32,000 nucleotides of DNA, taken from an uncultured archaeon. GTDB lineage: Archaea > Asgardarchaeota > Thorarchaeia > Thorarchaeales > Thorarchaeaceae. Each line of letters begins with the position of its first letter. The stretch's first letter is position 1. Shown piece by piece: positions 9,884 through 17,423 of the stretch. The notes under the pieces were generated by a model. It was not told the DNA's origin. It did no database searches and saw nothing but the letters and a program-made list of their open reading frames with translations. The translations under genes and the position numbers were made by a program. The stretch is taken from contig CAZYLT010000010.1 in NCBI GenBank assembly GCA_964648855.1, positions 1 to 32,000 on the forward strand, in the 5' to 3' direction.

Positions 9884-10576
9884 CTAGATGTCCTGTAGTT
9901 TCCTACTCCCCTCTCTCAAGACCAAAGGTGTCATCTTAGACCTATTTTCTCTAATGAACTCTCTAGCCTTTTCAGGTTCCCTCTTGCTAAATTCTCGTAG
10001 AGCCCATGCCGCCGCTTTCCCAACGAAGAACTCTTTGTCGTCAATATGTGGTTGGATTGCTGCCAGTATTTCCTCAGCGAACTCTTCTCTGTAGAAGGTC
10101 TTCTTTGCAAGATGCAGATATGGGAGGATGGATGCACGACGTCGCCAGAAGTTCTTTGCTGATGCCCACTCACGAAGAACCTCCTCTATACTTGACTGTC
10201 GGAGCAGAAGTGTTCCGATGCAATTAGATCCGAGTGGATCCATATGCGCCCACGTATCGATTTCGTCAATCCAGTGGGATGAGATTTCCAAGGCTGTTCC
10301 GATATCTCCTTTCTTGGCATATGTCTTCATTACATCAATTGCTGCGATTTTTGTCTCATGTTTCCCAAGTTTCCAAAGGTCTTCCATAACCTGAATTAAC
10401 CCGCTTGTGTCGGCTCCTTTTGTACATTTATTGACTGCTTGATGAATGAACGGCAGATTGACACCAAGTATACTATCTAAGGGCATTTTCAGGTATCTAG
10501 CTATCTGCTTTGCTTGTTCAGTATCTTCTTTTCCTCTTAACTCTTGAAGAATACAGTCCACGAGATTACTTGGCAT
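9884..10576 (-). CDS. DNA alkylation repair protein (AlkD-like HEAT-repeat glycosylase family)
   Basis: YLK...ILGV, IDTWAHMD, WASAKNFWRRRAS, DKEFFVGKAAAWALREFSK, LREG. Likely start is ATG at 10576. Confidence 0.88.
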   Translation of the reverse strand: MPSNLVDCILQELRGKEDTEQAKQIARYLKMPLDSILGVNLPFIHQAVNKCTKGADTSGLIQVMEDLWKLGKHETKIAAIDVMKTYAKKGDIGTALEISSHWIDEIDTWAHMDPLGSNCIGTLLLRQSSIEEVLREWASAKNFWRRRASILPYLHLAKKTFYREEFAEEILAAIQPHIDDKEFFVGKAAAWALREFSKREPEKAREFIRENRSKMTPLVLREGSRKLQDI

Positions 10577-10740
10577 GGAAATCTCCCAATCCCTAGAAGT
10601 TATATTGTTTATGTGGCTTTTCTTGATGCTTACCAAGGAACTAAAAGGTCTTAGATGTCATCAAAAAAACCTTTTATTCGGCTAAACCTATGCTATTACA
10701 CCGGTTCCTCCGGTAGAATTCTATTAAATCCACAATTGAA

Positions 10741-11286
10741 GTGAAAAGCATGACTGAAATCTCAGAATGGAACGAGGCCATCGAGTACAAGAAATTCCTC
10801 GAAACCGCCAGAGAACATGTAGAGTTGATGAAAGCACGATACGATGATCTCATGTTAGATGAGCAGGATGAGGAGCTTCTCTCCAGCATACAGCATGATA
10901 TCAAAATTCTTGTAATCGGTACCGACAGATGCAACGATACTGCAGGTAATCTTCCGGTTATTGCTAGAATGGCTTCGTATTCCCCGCATGTTGAGGTCAG
11001 AGTGCTTGACAGCGATGAGCACGCTCGTTTCCATCAGAACTATCGAATAAACGGCAAAAGGAAGACACCAGTCGTATTGTTTCTGAGTTCTGAATTGATG
11101 GAGCTATGTCGATGGGTCGAGCGTCCGAATGCCGTCTACAGCATTATCAATGAGAAGGATCTTTCACTGGATGAGCGACGCGAAGAGCTCAGACAGCTGT
11201 ACAGTGACTCCGAGATTTTGCGTCAGAGCTTGAGCGAATTGTCTGACCTTCTCCTGAGAGCAGATTTGATTTTAGGAAGAAGCTGA
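10741..11286 (+). CDS. Thioredoxin-fold protein (Thioredoxin_9-like), single active-site Cys
   Basis: IGTDRCNDTAGNLPVI, NGKRKTPVVLFL and WVERP match the family layout (W-C-x-D...N-L-P, cis-Pro loop). Confidence 0.75.
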   Translation: MKSMTEISEWNEAIEYKKFLETAREHVELMKARYDDLMLDEQDEELLSSIQHDIKILVIGTDRCNDTAGNLPVIARMASYSPHVEVRVLDSDEHARFHQNYRINGKRKTPVVLFLSSELMELCRWVERPNAVYSIINEKDLSLDERREELRQLYSDSEILRQSLSELSDLLLRADLILGRS

Positions 11287-11288
11287 GA

Positions 11289-11954
11289 ATGGACAATTTG
11301 GCAAAAGCTAACTGGGCCGATCCGGAGCGTGTACAAAGCCTCGCAGAATCGTACGACCGTCGTTATAATGAGGAGTTCTGGGCCGCTTTCTGCAATATTA
11401 TCCGTAATTCCCATCCTGATGTTGTGGCAGACTTTGGCTGTGGCCCTGGTCTGTTTTTGGTTGATTTGGTCAAGAAGCTTGGAGCAACGAGGGTATATGG
11501 GTTCGATGAAAGTGGTGAGATGCTGTCACAGGCAGAGGAATTCTTATTGACAGTCTTGCCCAAAGATAAGATCACCCTTCACAAAACGAATTTTGACAAT
11601 GACCCAATAGAATTGGACTCTGCGTTCGCAAACCTCGCATTCAGCGGATATGTGATTCATGAAGTTGAGAACCCGCTCAAACTGCTAAGGAGCGTCAAGA
11701 AACAACTGGCTCCGCTTGGTGAGTATGTGATACTTGATTATATTTCTGGAGACCCGGAGGCTTTCGTTAACGCTATGACTAAACGTGGAATGGATGAATC
11801 AAAGGCCAGAGCACGCTACCCACATATGTGCAAGAATTCTCTCGACGACTTGTGTGATTTCCTTATCGAAGGCGGCTTTGAGGATATAAGACATAGAAAA
11901 ACTCATCCGTTCAAAGGATTATTGTCAGGAGTAAAGAATGTTGGAGCAGACTGA
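11289..11954 (+). CDS. Class I SAM-dependent methyltransferase
   Basis: VADFGCGPG, GFDESGEML, VIHEV..P, LAPLGEYVILD. Confidence 0.9.
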   Translation: MDNLAKANWADPERVQSLAESYDRRYNEEFWAAFCNIIRNSHPDVVADFGCGPGLFLVDLVKKLGATRVYGFDESGEMLSQAEEFLLTVLPKDKITLHKTNFDNDPIELDSAFANLAFSGYVIHEVENPLKLLRSVKKQLAPLGEYVILDYISGDPEAFVNAMTKRGMDESKARARYPHMCKNSLDDLCDFLIEGGFEDIRHRKTHPFKGLLSGVKNVGAD

Positions 11955-11968
11955 CAGAGTAGATTATA

Positions 11969-12184
11969 ATGTCATCTGGTCACTATAACTCACCATGAGC
12001 CTATGATGATACTGAGATAAAATGCCCCAAGTGTGGTAGCGAGAAAGGTGATAGAGTATTGGAACAGTGGTGCAGAATTCGTGGCATTCAAGCATTTCAT
12101 TGTGCTAATGTGGAAAATGATTCTACAGCAGAGGGCATAACAACTACCCGCCTACCTATGAAAACTAAATACTCAAGTGGCTAA
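11969..12184 (+). pseudogene. Decayed small zinc-ribbon protein gene
   Basis: ATG 11969 gives MSSGHYNSP*AYDDTEIKCPKCGSEKGDRVLEQWCRIRGIQAFHCA. A 1-nt shift at about 12108 then gives CGK*FYSRGHNNYPPTYEN, i.e. CPKCG...CAxCGKxF. Confidence 0.5.
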
Positions 12185-12214
12185 ATATCCGTCATCGGGA
12201 AGAGGTGTGAATAA

Positions 12215-13336
12215 CTGCCGACACGACTCCAACTCCTGAGATATCCGTTCTCAAAGGAGTCCAGATCAGTCACTAGAGCTATTGCCAATAACGTCGAAGA
12301 GCTCATTGAGAGAATTGAAACTAAAGAGGGAGAGTATGTCGTCGAAGAGGCTGCTAATAGGGTCTTGGCCGCATTGGATCAGGAAGAGATTCAAACAGTA
12401 AATACGAACCACGAATACGACCATCTAATCTATCAGACTGCCAGAATAATTGCTGAGAAAATAGGTAATCCTCGGTTAAAGATGTACCAGGCTGAAGCTG
12501 AGTCGAAGATGGTCAATAAGCATCTGCGCAAAGAACCGGCTAAATTTGTTATCGATCTTGCAACCGAATCCTTTGACTGGGGAATAAAACCAATTGGTGA
12601 GGGAATACACAAGGCCAAATTACCTTATCATATTCGAACATTTGATCTTGATATCCGTTTCGAGAATTATCTTGAAGTTGCCCCCTCATTTCACTCTGCC
12701 GAATGGAAACTGGTGAATAGGCATGTCAAGGACGGATGGGTGGCAATTAAGCAGTCTGAGCTGAATCGACTAATTTCAGGGAAATTCAAGAGACTGATAC
12801 TTGATAGCTCTCTCAATGTTCCGAGCCTACCAAGCAATTTAACATTGCAGATTCAACGGATTGAGAGCGAGCTCAAGAGCAAGATTCGGAGTACACGACC
12901 TATCGAAATGTCTGAGAACATAGTTTCTGCATTTCCACCCTGCATGGCACAGATGCATTCAGATTCAATCCAAGGAAAGAATCTCTCTCACGAGGCCCGG
13001 TTTGCTCTTGCTGCCTTTCTGCTGAAGATTGGCATGACTGAGGAGGAAGTCCTGAGCGTTTTTCAACCGGCCCCCGATTTTGGAGGAGGTCAACTGGCGA
13101 AATACCAAGTCCATCATATCGCCTCAAAGGGCGGTGAGGGGTACACACCTCCTAGCTGTCAGAAGATGCAGGGCAACACACTATGTCCTGTCTATTTGGG
13201 TTCTGTCTTCGACCCACTATGCGAATATATTCTCCATCCACTACAGTTCTACCAAATCCGTGCGTGGGAGATATCAAATGATGTTGAGAACCATTCTTGG
13301 TACGCTGAAAAGAAGGAGAAGAAACAGAGTTTCTGA
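12215..13336 (+). CDS. priL: DNA primase large (regulatory) subunit with C-terminal Fe-S domain, probable CTG start
   Basis: WKLVNR.V.DGWV, FPPCM, LSHEARF, Y.PPSC..M, LCP...C..ILHPL.FY. The frame is open from CTG 12215 (after TAA 12212-14) and includes the N-terminal RYPF motif. GAGGTG lies at 12202-12207. Confidence 0.92.
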   Translation: MPTRLQLLRYPFSKESRSVTRAIANNVEELIERIETKEGEYVVEEAANRVLAALDQEEIQTVNTNHEYDHLIYQTARIIAEKIGNPRLKMYQAEAESKMVNKHLRKEPAKFVIDLATESFDWGIKPIGEGIHKAKLPYHIRTFDLDIRFENYLEVAPSFHSAEWKLVNRHVKDGWVAIKQSELNRLISGKFKRLILDSSLNVPSLPSNLTLQIQRIESELKSKIRSTRPIEMSENIVSAFPPCMAQMHSDSIQGKNLSHEARFALAAFLLKIGMTEEEVLSVFQPAPDFGGGQLAKYQVHHIASKGGEGYTPPSCQKMQGNTLCPVYLGSVFDPLCEYILHPLQFYQIRAWEISNDVENHSWYAEKKEKKQSF

Positions 13337-13400
13337 AACCGATCAAGACTTCTTCAACTCGGTCTAATACGAGATATACGTGCGGGAAATAAAACATTCT

Positions 13401-14267
13401 CTATGCACAATGTTCACCCATTCCAAGCTGGCCTGTATCGTAAGTGCTGCGCGTATAGAAATACAGGTACTCCTGAGCATACCCTGCATACTGACCATAG
13501 TATCTCCTGGCTGCCTCCGATTTCTTTGCATATGAGTTTCCGGCCCCCTCAAAGATATCATTTTGTTGCTGAATTGCTCTCTCTATCCAGACATCTATTG
13601 GAAATGCTTCTAGGTGACCCAAGGAAAAGAGACAGACGCAGTCAGCCACCTTGTCTCCAACGCCATGCAGTTTTTTCAACTCAGAATGCGCTTGCTCATA
13701 AGACATATCCGCAATGTTGTCTGGCTGAACCTCTCCGGTGAGAATTGACTCTGTTGACCGTCTAACGAATTTGGCTCGGTATCCCAGTTCACATCTCCTC
13801 AGCTCCTGTACTGTCACACCGTTCATTTGTTCGGGGACAGGCATTCCATAATACGAGGTGCCTCGAAAATCGAATCTAGTACCGTAGCGTTCCCTGAGAT
13901 TATCGAGAATCCTCCTTATCGAGGGTATGTTCTTTCGAGTAGAAGATACGAAGGAAATAAGACATGGATAGAATGGGTCATTGACTATGCGCAAGCCTGG
14001 AGCATATTGGATGCTCTTCTGAATTAGAGGATCTTTACTGATTTCTTGTTGAATTTTTTGTAGCGGATCATTTAGCCTTAGGAGCCTCTCAATATCCACG
14101 GAAGAATCAGATGTATCGTAATAGAGGATGTTATCCTGTTGCTCAACATAGACAACCTGCCCGATATCCGCGTTGATGTAACCCGGTCCCGCCTTTTTCC
14201 AACTGAAGGTCTGTCCACATTCCACTGATGTTTGCAAATTGAAATTCTCAACTTCCAGACTCTTCAT
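13401..14267 (-). CDS. ogg: 8-oxoguanine DNA glycosylase (OGG1-type, OGG_N plus HhH-GPD)
   Basis: FNLQTSVECGQTFSW, PGLRI, LGYRAK, HhH motif LHGVGDKVADCVCLF, FPIDVW, YAGYAQEYLY. Confidence 0.9.
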   Translation of the reverse strand: MKSLEVENFNLQTSVECGQTFSWKKAGPGYINADIGQVVYVEQQDNILYYDTSDSSVDIERLLRLNDPLQKIQQEISKDPLIQKSIQYAPGLRIVNDPFYPCLISFVSSTRKNIPSIRRILDNLRERYGTRFDFRGTSYYGMPVPEQMNGVTVQELRRCELGYRAKFVRRSTESILTGEVQPDNIADMSYEQAHSELKKLHGVGDKVADCVCLFSLGHLEAFPIDVWIERAIQQQNDIFEGAGNSYAKKSEAARRYYGQYAGYAQEYLYFYTRSTYDTGQLGMGEHCA

Positions 14268-14306
14268 GGTTCTTTGGTTTTTTCTTGATGCAAGATGAGT
14301 ATTTTG

Positions 14307-15185
14307 CTACAGGCGATTTGCTCGATTATCGTTTGCCACCTCTCGGAGTCTTCTCATCAATTGAACATCAATCTCCAAATCTTTAGCCCGCTCAACTCTC
14401 CTTATGACTTCTGCAAAATGTGCGCTTACCTTGTGATCGATTTTCCCCTGCAATAAATCCGAAGCAAGTTTAGATAAATTATAGATGTGGACCTTTAGGG
14501 CATCAGAACTCAGTTCAAAGACGTCCACATCCCAATGAATCATTTGTGAAATGTACTCTCTATTTGACAAAAGGAGTATCGAGTCCGTTTGAACTGCATC
14601 GTGACCTGCTACTAATGTCTGCCAATCCATTTCCACGTAGGAATCCAGTATTCTAAGATATGTTTCGAAGTCCAAAGAATTCAGGAGTGGTAACGGATGT
14701 TCGATATTGTCGCCGACAAAGAGAATCTGGTCTCTCTCATCATAACATGATGCAGAGTCTGCTGTATGACCCGGTGTATGAAAGAATCTTACTCCTTCGT
14801 CCACCCACATGATGCTATCCTCAAAAACGAGATTGGGTGGAATCAATTCTATTTTCCCCTGCGCATGAGAACCATATTTCTCCAGTGCCTCTTCCCCTTT
14901 TTCGATGACTCTTTCTCTGCAAAGCTTGTGACCCAAGATTGTGCTTTTGAAGAAGCTATTTCCCCAGATGTGATCGTAATCCGCGTGGGAATTGAAGACA
15001 AACAATTCCTCAGCAGGATTCTCGTTCTCATGCAACCAAGACATTAGGTCACTCATGGGATCTGGACCGCAGAAGGTATCACAAATATAGGTCCGATTCT
15101 CTCCCAAAATGACGTATACATTCGTCAGAAATGGCTCGGCAAATGAGAAGATTAAACCTCTCTGTCCGACTCTGGTTACATACAT
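14307..15185 (-). CDS. Metallo-beta-lactamase-fold hydrolase
   Basis: NSHADYDHIWGN (HxDxDH variant), HTPGHT, FVGD, AGH. Confidence 0.88.
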   Translation of the reverse strand: MYVTRVGQRGLIFSFAEPFLTNVYVILGENRTYICDTFCGPDPMSDLMSWLHENENPAEELFVFNSHADYDHIWGNSFFKSTILGHKLCRERVIEKGEEALEKYGSHAQGKIELIPPNLVFEDSIMWVDEGVRFFHTPGHTADSASCYDERDQILFVGDNIEHPLPLLNSLDFETYLRILDSYVEMDWQTLVAGHDAVQTDSILLLSNREYISQMIHWDVDVFELSSDALKVHIYNLSKLASDLLQGKIDHKVSAHFAEVIRRVERAKDLEIDVQLMRRLREVANDNRANRL

Positions 15186-15314
15186 AGTTCACGCCTCGTA
15201 GACGATGTCAGTCCTATGCGCCACATTGTACCCACACTATATGGCTATTGATTTCAGCGACTGGTAACATTGGTTCTTGTGCGGATGAATGGGCGGTAGC
15301 TTTGTGCGGGTGAA

Positions 15315-17342
15315 TTACTCTTCTTGTTCATCCATGCGCGTATAGAGATTGTATTTCATGAAGCTGTAAATGCCTGCTAGCATAATGATGCTAAGCAATC
15401 CCACGGGCGCCACCACCGAAATCCAGTGTTCTTGTGGATCCCAATCGATTCCATCAGGAATCCCATCACCATCTGTGTCGGGATTAGTCGGAGATAGGCA
15501 GTATTCAACCTCATAGGCATCAGACCATCCGTCTCCATCTGTGTCTCTGGAGGTCGGGTCCAACTGATTGAGTACCTCAAAGAGGTCGCTGAGAGAGTCA
15601 CCATCCGAATCTGGAGATAAGGGATCAAGGCCGGCTTCTATTTCAAACCCGTCATCTAAGCCATCATAATCTGTGTCCTTTCGCGTTGGATCGGTCAGAT
15701 ATACTTGCCATTCGTCAAAGTCGCTAATCCCATCGCCATCCGTATCTATCTTTATCGGACTAGTTCCAAGTTCCGCTTCTTCTCCATCAGAAATTCCATC
15801 TGAATCAGTGTCGGTAAGTAAGAGGCTTGAGCCCCCTATGTATTCATCGTAGTCTAGTGCCCCGTCGCCATCAGAATCGGCTGCTGTTGGATCTGTTCCC
15901 AAGTCCACTTCAAAACCATCATCTAAGCCATCAAAATCGCTATCCAAGAAGAACGGATTAGTATTGATTAGACACTCATATTGATTTGATAGGGTATCCC
16001 CATCAAAATCTTCCAATTGCGTGAAATTGAGCCAGAATTTTGTCGTGTTGGATCCAATATTTTCTATATCGATTCTATGCGGCCCAAAGTCATTAGAGAG
16101 ATATCTCAATCGGATGAATCCGTCAGATTCTGTTCGCTGATAGACCACAGAATCCGATTCATCCTCGATTATACTTGCTTGCAGCGTTGTATCATTTGTC
16201 CAGCTGATACTGGCATTCACAAAACTGGAGATTGATATCGTGAAGGTATGCGTGGAACTGTTTGTAGGGTAAAGCGTCCCGTGTTCGTATCGATAGCCTG
16301 CAGAACCCTCTTCTATCATCGCAAGATTAGCGAGAACACAGGCTACTATTGCCACCGCTTCCTTCGGTTTCTGGAAGCTGTAGTACTGACGGTCCCAAGT
16401 ATCATCTTCGGAACTAGCGTACGGGTCCGGGAAGAAACCTTGCGTAACATGAATCGCCGGTCTACCAACCTGCCACATCTCATAAGCAAGCGAGCGCTCT
16501 GCAGTGTCGAGGTCGGTCACCTGTTGAATCCAAGAATGCCCAAACTTTGACGAGAGGTCTATCATCAAATCTGGGATCCAGCCATTTTGATGATACAACT
16601 CCTCTTCACTGAAGCTTCTCAAAGAAATAAGATTGCCATAGACGTACTGGGATCGATGGAAAAGCAATCTATCAAATGCGAAGGTGGTATATGTTTCTAC
16701 ATCATTCTCCTCTAACCACTCAACGAATGCCTTGCTTCCCAAATCTACGTCTTCCTCGATGTGTGCACCATTGATTAGTACAAAGTAGAGGTCATAATTC
16801 AGTTCATAATCACTAAGGACTCGTGCCAACTCCAAAACTGCTGCTACACTTATGCCCGCATCATTCGCTCCAGGATTGTTGTCAGAGTCAATCATTCCAG
16901 ATACTACAATTGCTGGTCGCGGAGTAGGCCCCATACCGGTCTTGATTGCAACAAGGGTATCGTATTTTGTCACTGGCTTGAAGCCAAGCTCATTGTCTGT
17001 GTAATTTAGTAAGGTTTCATTAGCCCACTGCCATGCATCAATAAGATTCTGACTGGGCTGTAGAAAATCAGGATTCTGCGATTCCCAAACTCTGCTAGGG
17101 TACTGCTCCGTTAGCTCCTTCGTAAGGTTTCCGAGGCCATATTCAGATGTTTCATCCCACAGGAATTCAAAAGCCTCCGTCATGTTTACCATAGTCTGTT
17201 CAGAGAGCACAACGGTTCCTTCGGGCGATTGTCCGGTCCGGATAGAAACACTTGGTTGCTCGAATCCACTAAGCACTACTAGTTGACCCAGTGCAAGGAA
17301 GAGGGCGAAACCAACTACTACTCGGAGTTTCTTGGATCTCAT
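15315..17342 (-). CDS. Membrane-anchored surface protein: degenerate M28-peptidase domain, beta-sandwich domain, 9 Ca-binding repeats, C-terminal TM (paralog 1)
   Basis: Likely start is ATG 17342 (MRSKKLRVVVGFALF, signal/TM). PGANDAGISVAAVLELARVL, LYFVL..., LGSKAFV and AFDRL are M28-like. DxDxDG repeats and a TM helix follow. Confidence 0.85.
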   Translation of the reverse strand: MRSKKLRVVVGFALFLALGQLVVLSGFEQPSVSIRTGQSPEGTVVLSEQTMVNMTEAFEFLWDETSEYGLGNLTKELTEQYPSRVWESQNPDFLQPSQNLIDAWQWANETLLNYTDNELGFKPVTKYDTLVAIKTGMGPTPRPAIVVSGMIDSDNNPGANDAGISVAAVLELARVLSDYELNYDLYFVLINGAHIEEDVDLGSKAFVEWLEENDVETYTTFAFDRLLFHRSQYVYGNLISLRSFSEEELYHQNGWIPDLMIDLSSKFGHSWIQQVTDLDTAERSLAYEMWQVGRPAIHVTQGFFPDPYASSEDDTWDRQYYSFQKPKEAVAIVACVLANLAMIEEGSAGYRYEHGTLYPTNSSTHTFTISISSFVNASISWTNDTTLQASIIEDESDSVVYQRTESDGFIRLRYLSNDFGPHRIDIENIGSNTTKFWLNFTQLEDFDGDTLSNQYECLINTNPFFLDSDFDGLDDGFEVDLGTDPTAADSDGDGALDYDEYIGGSSLLLTDTDSDGISDGEEAELGTSPIKIDTDGDGISDFDEWQVYLTDPTRKDTDYDGLDDGFEIEAGLDPLSPDSDGDSLSDLFEVLNQLDPTSRDTDGDGWSDAYEVEYCLSPTNPDTDGDGIPDGIDWDPQEHWISVVAPVGLLSIIMLAGIYSFMKYNLYTRMDEQEE
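15435..16010 (-). repeat. Nine ~22-aa DxDxDGxxDxxE Ca-binding (thrombospondin type-3-like) repeats
   Basis: DFDGDTLSNQYE, DSDFDGLDDGFE, DSDGDGALDYDE, DTDSDGISDGEE, DTDGDGISDFDE, DTDYDGLDDGFE, DSDGDSLSDLFE, DTDGDGWSDAYE, DTDGDGIPDGID. Confidence 0.9.
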
Positions 17343-17423
17343 CCTGCCTCTTCGACTATGAGTCCGATTAAATAACTTGCCAAGCCAGCATCTACTTATT
17401 GAGGTTGCTGAAAAAATCACAAG

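Noticed and set aside
10640-10725. Short palindromes (aaaaggt/acctttt, accgg/ccggt, tagaattcta) in the divergent intergenic region
   Set aside because: Arms of 5-7 bp are expected by chance, so there is no support without comparative data.
4953-12120. In-frame TGA codons in two small Cys-rich ORFs (4953-4955, 11996-11998, 12118-12120) as selenocysteine or recoding
   Set aside because: The TGAs do not fall at Cys-motif positions, other lesions co-occur, I see no convincing SECIS-like hairpin, and TGA acts as a normal stop for many genes here.
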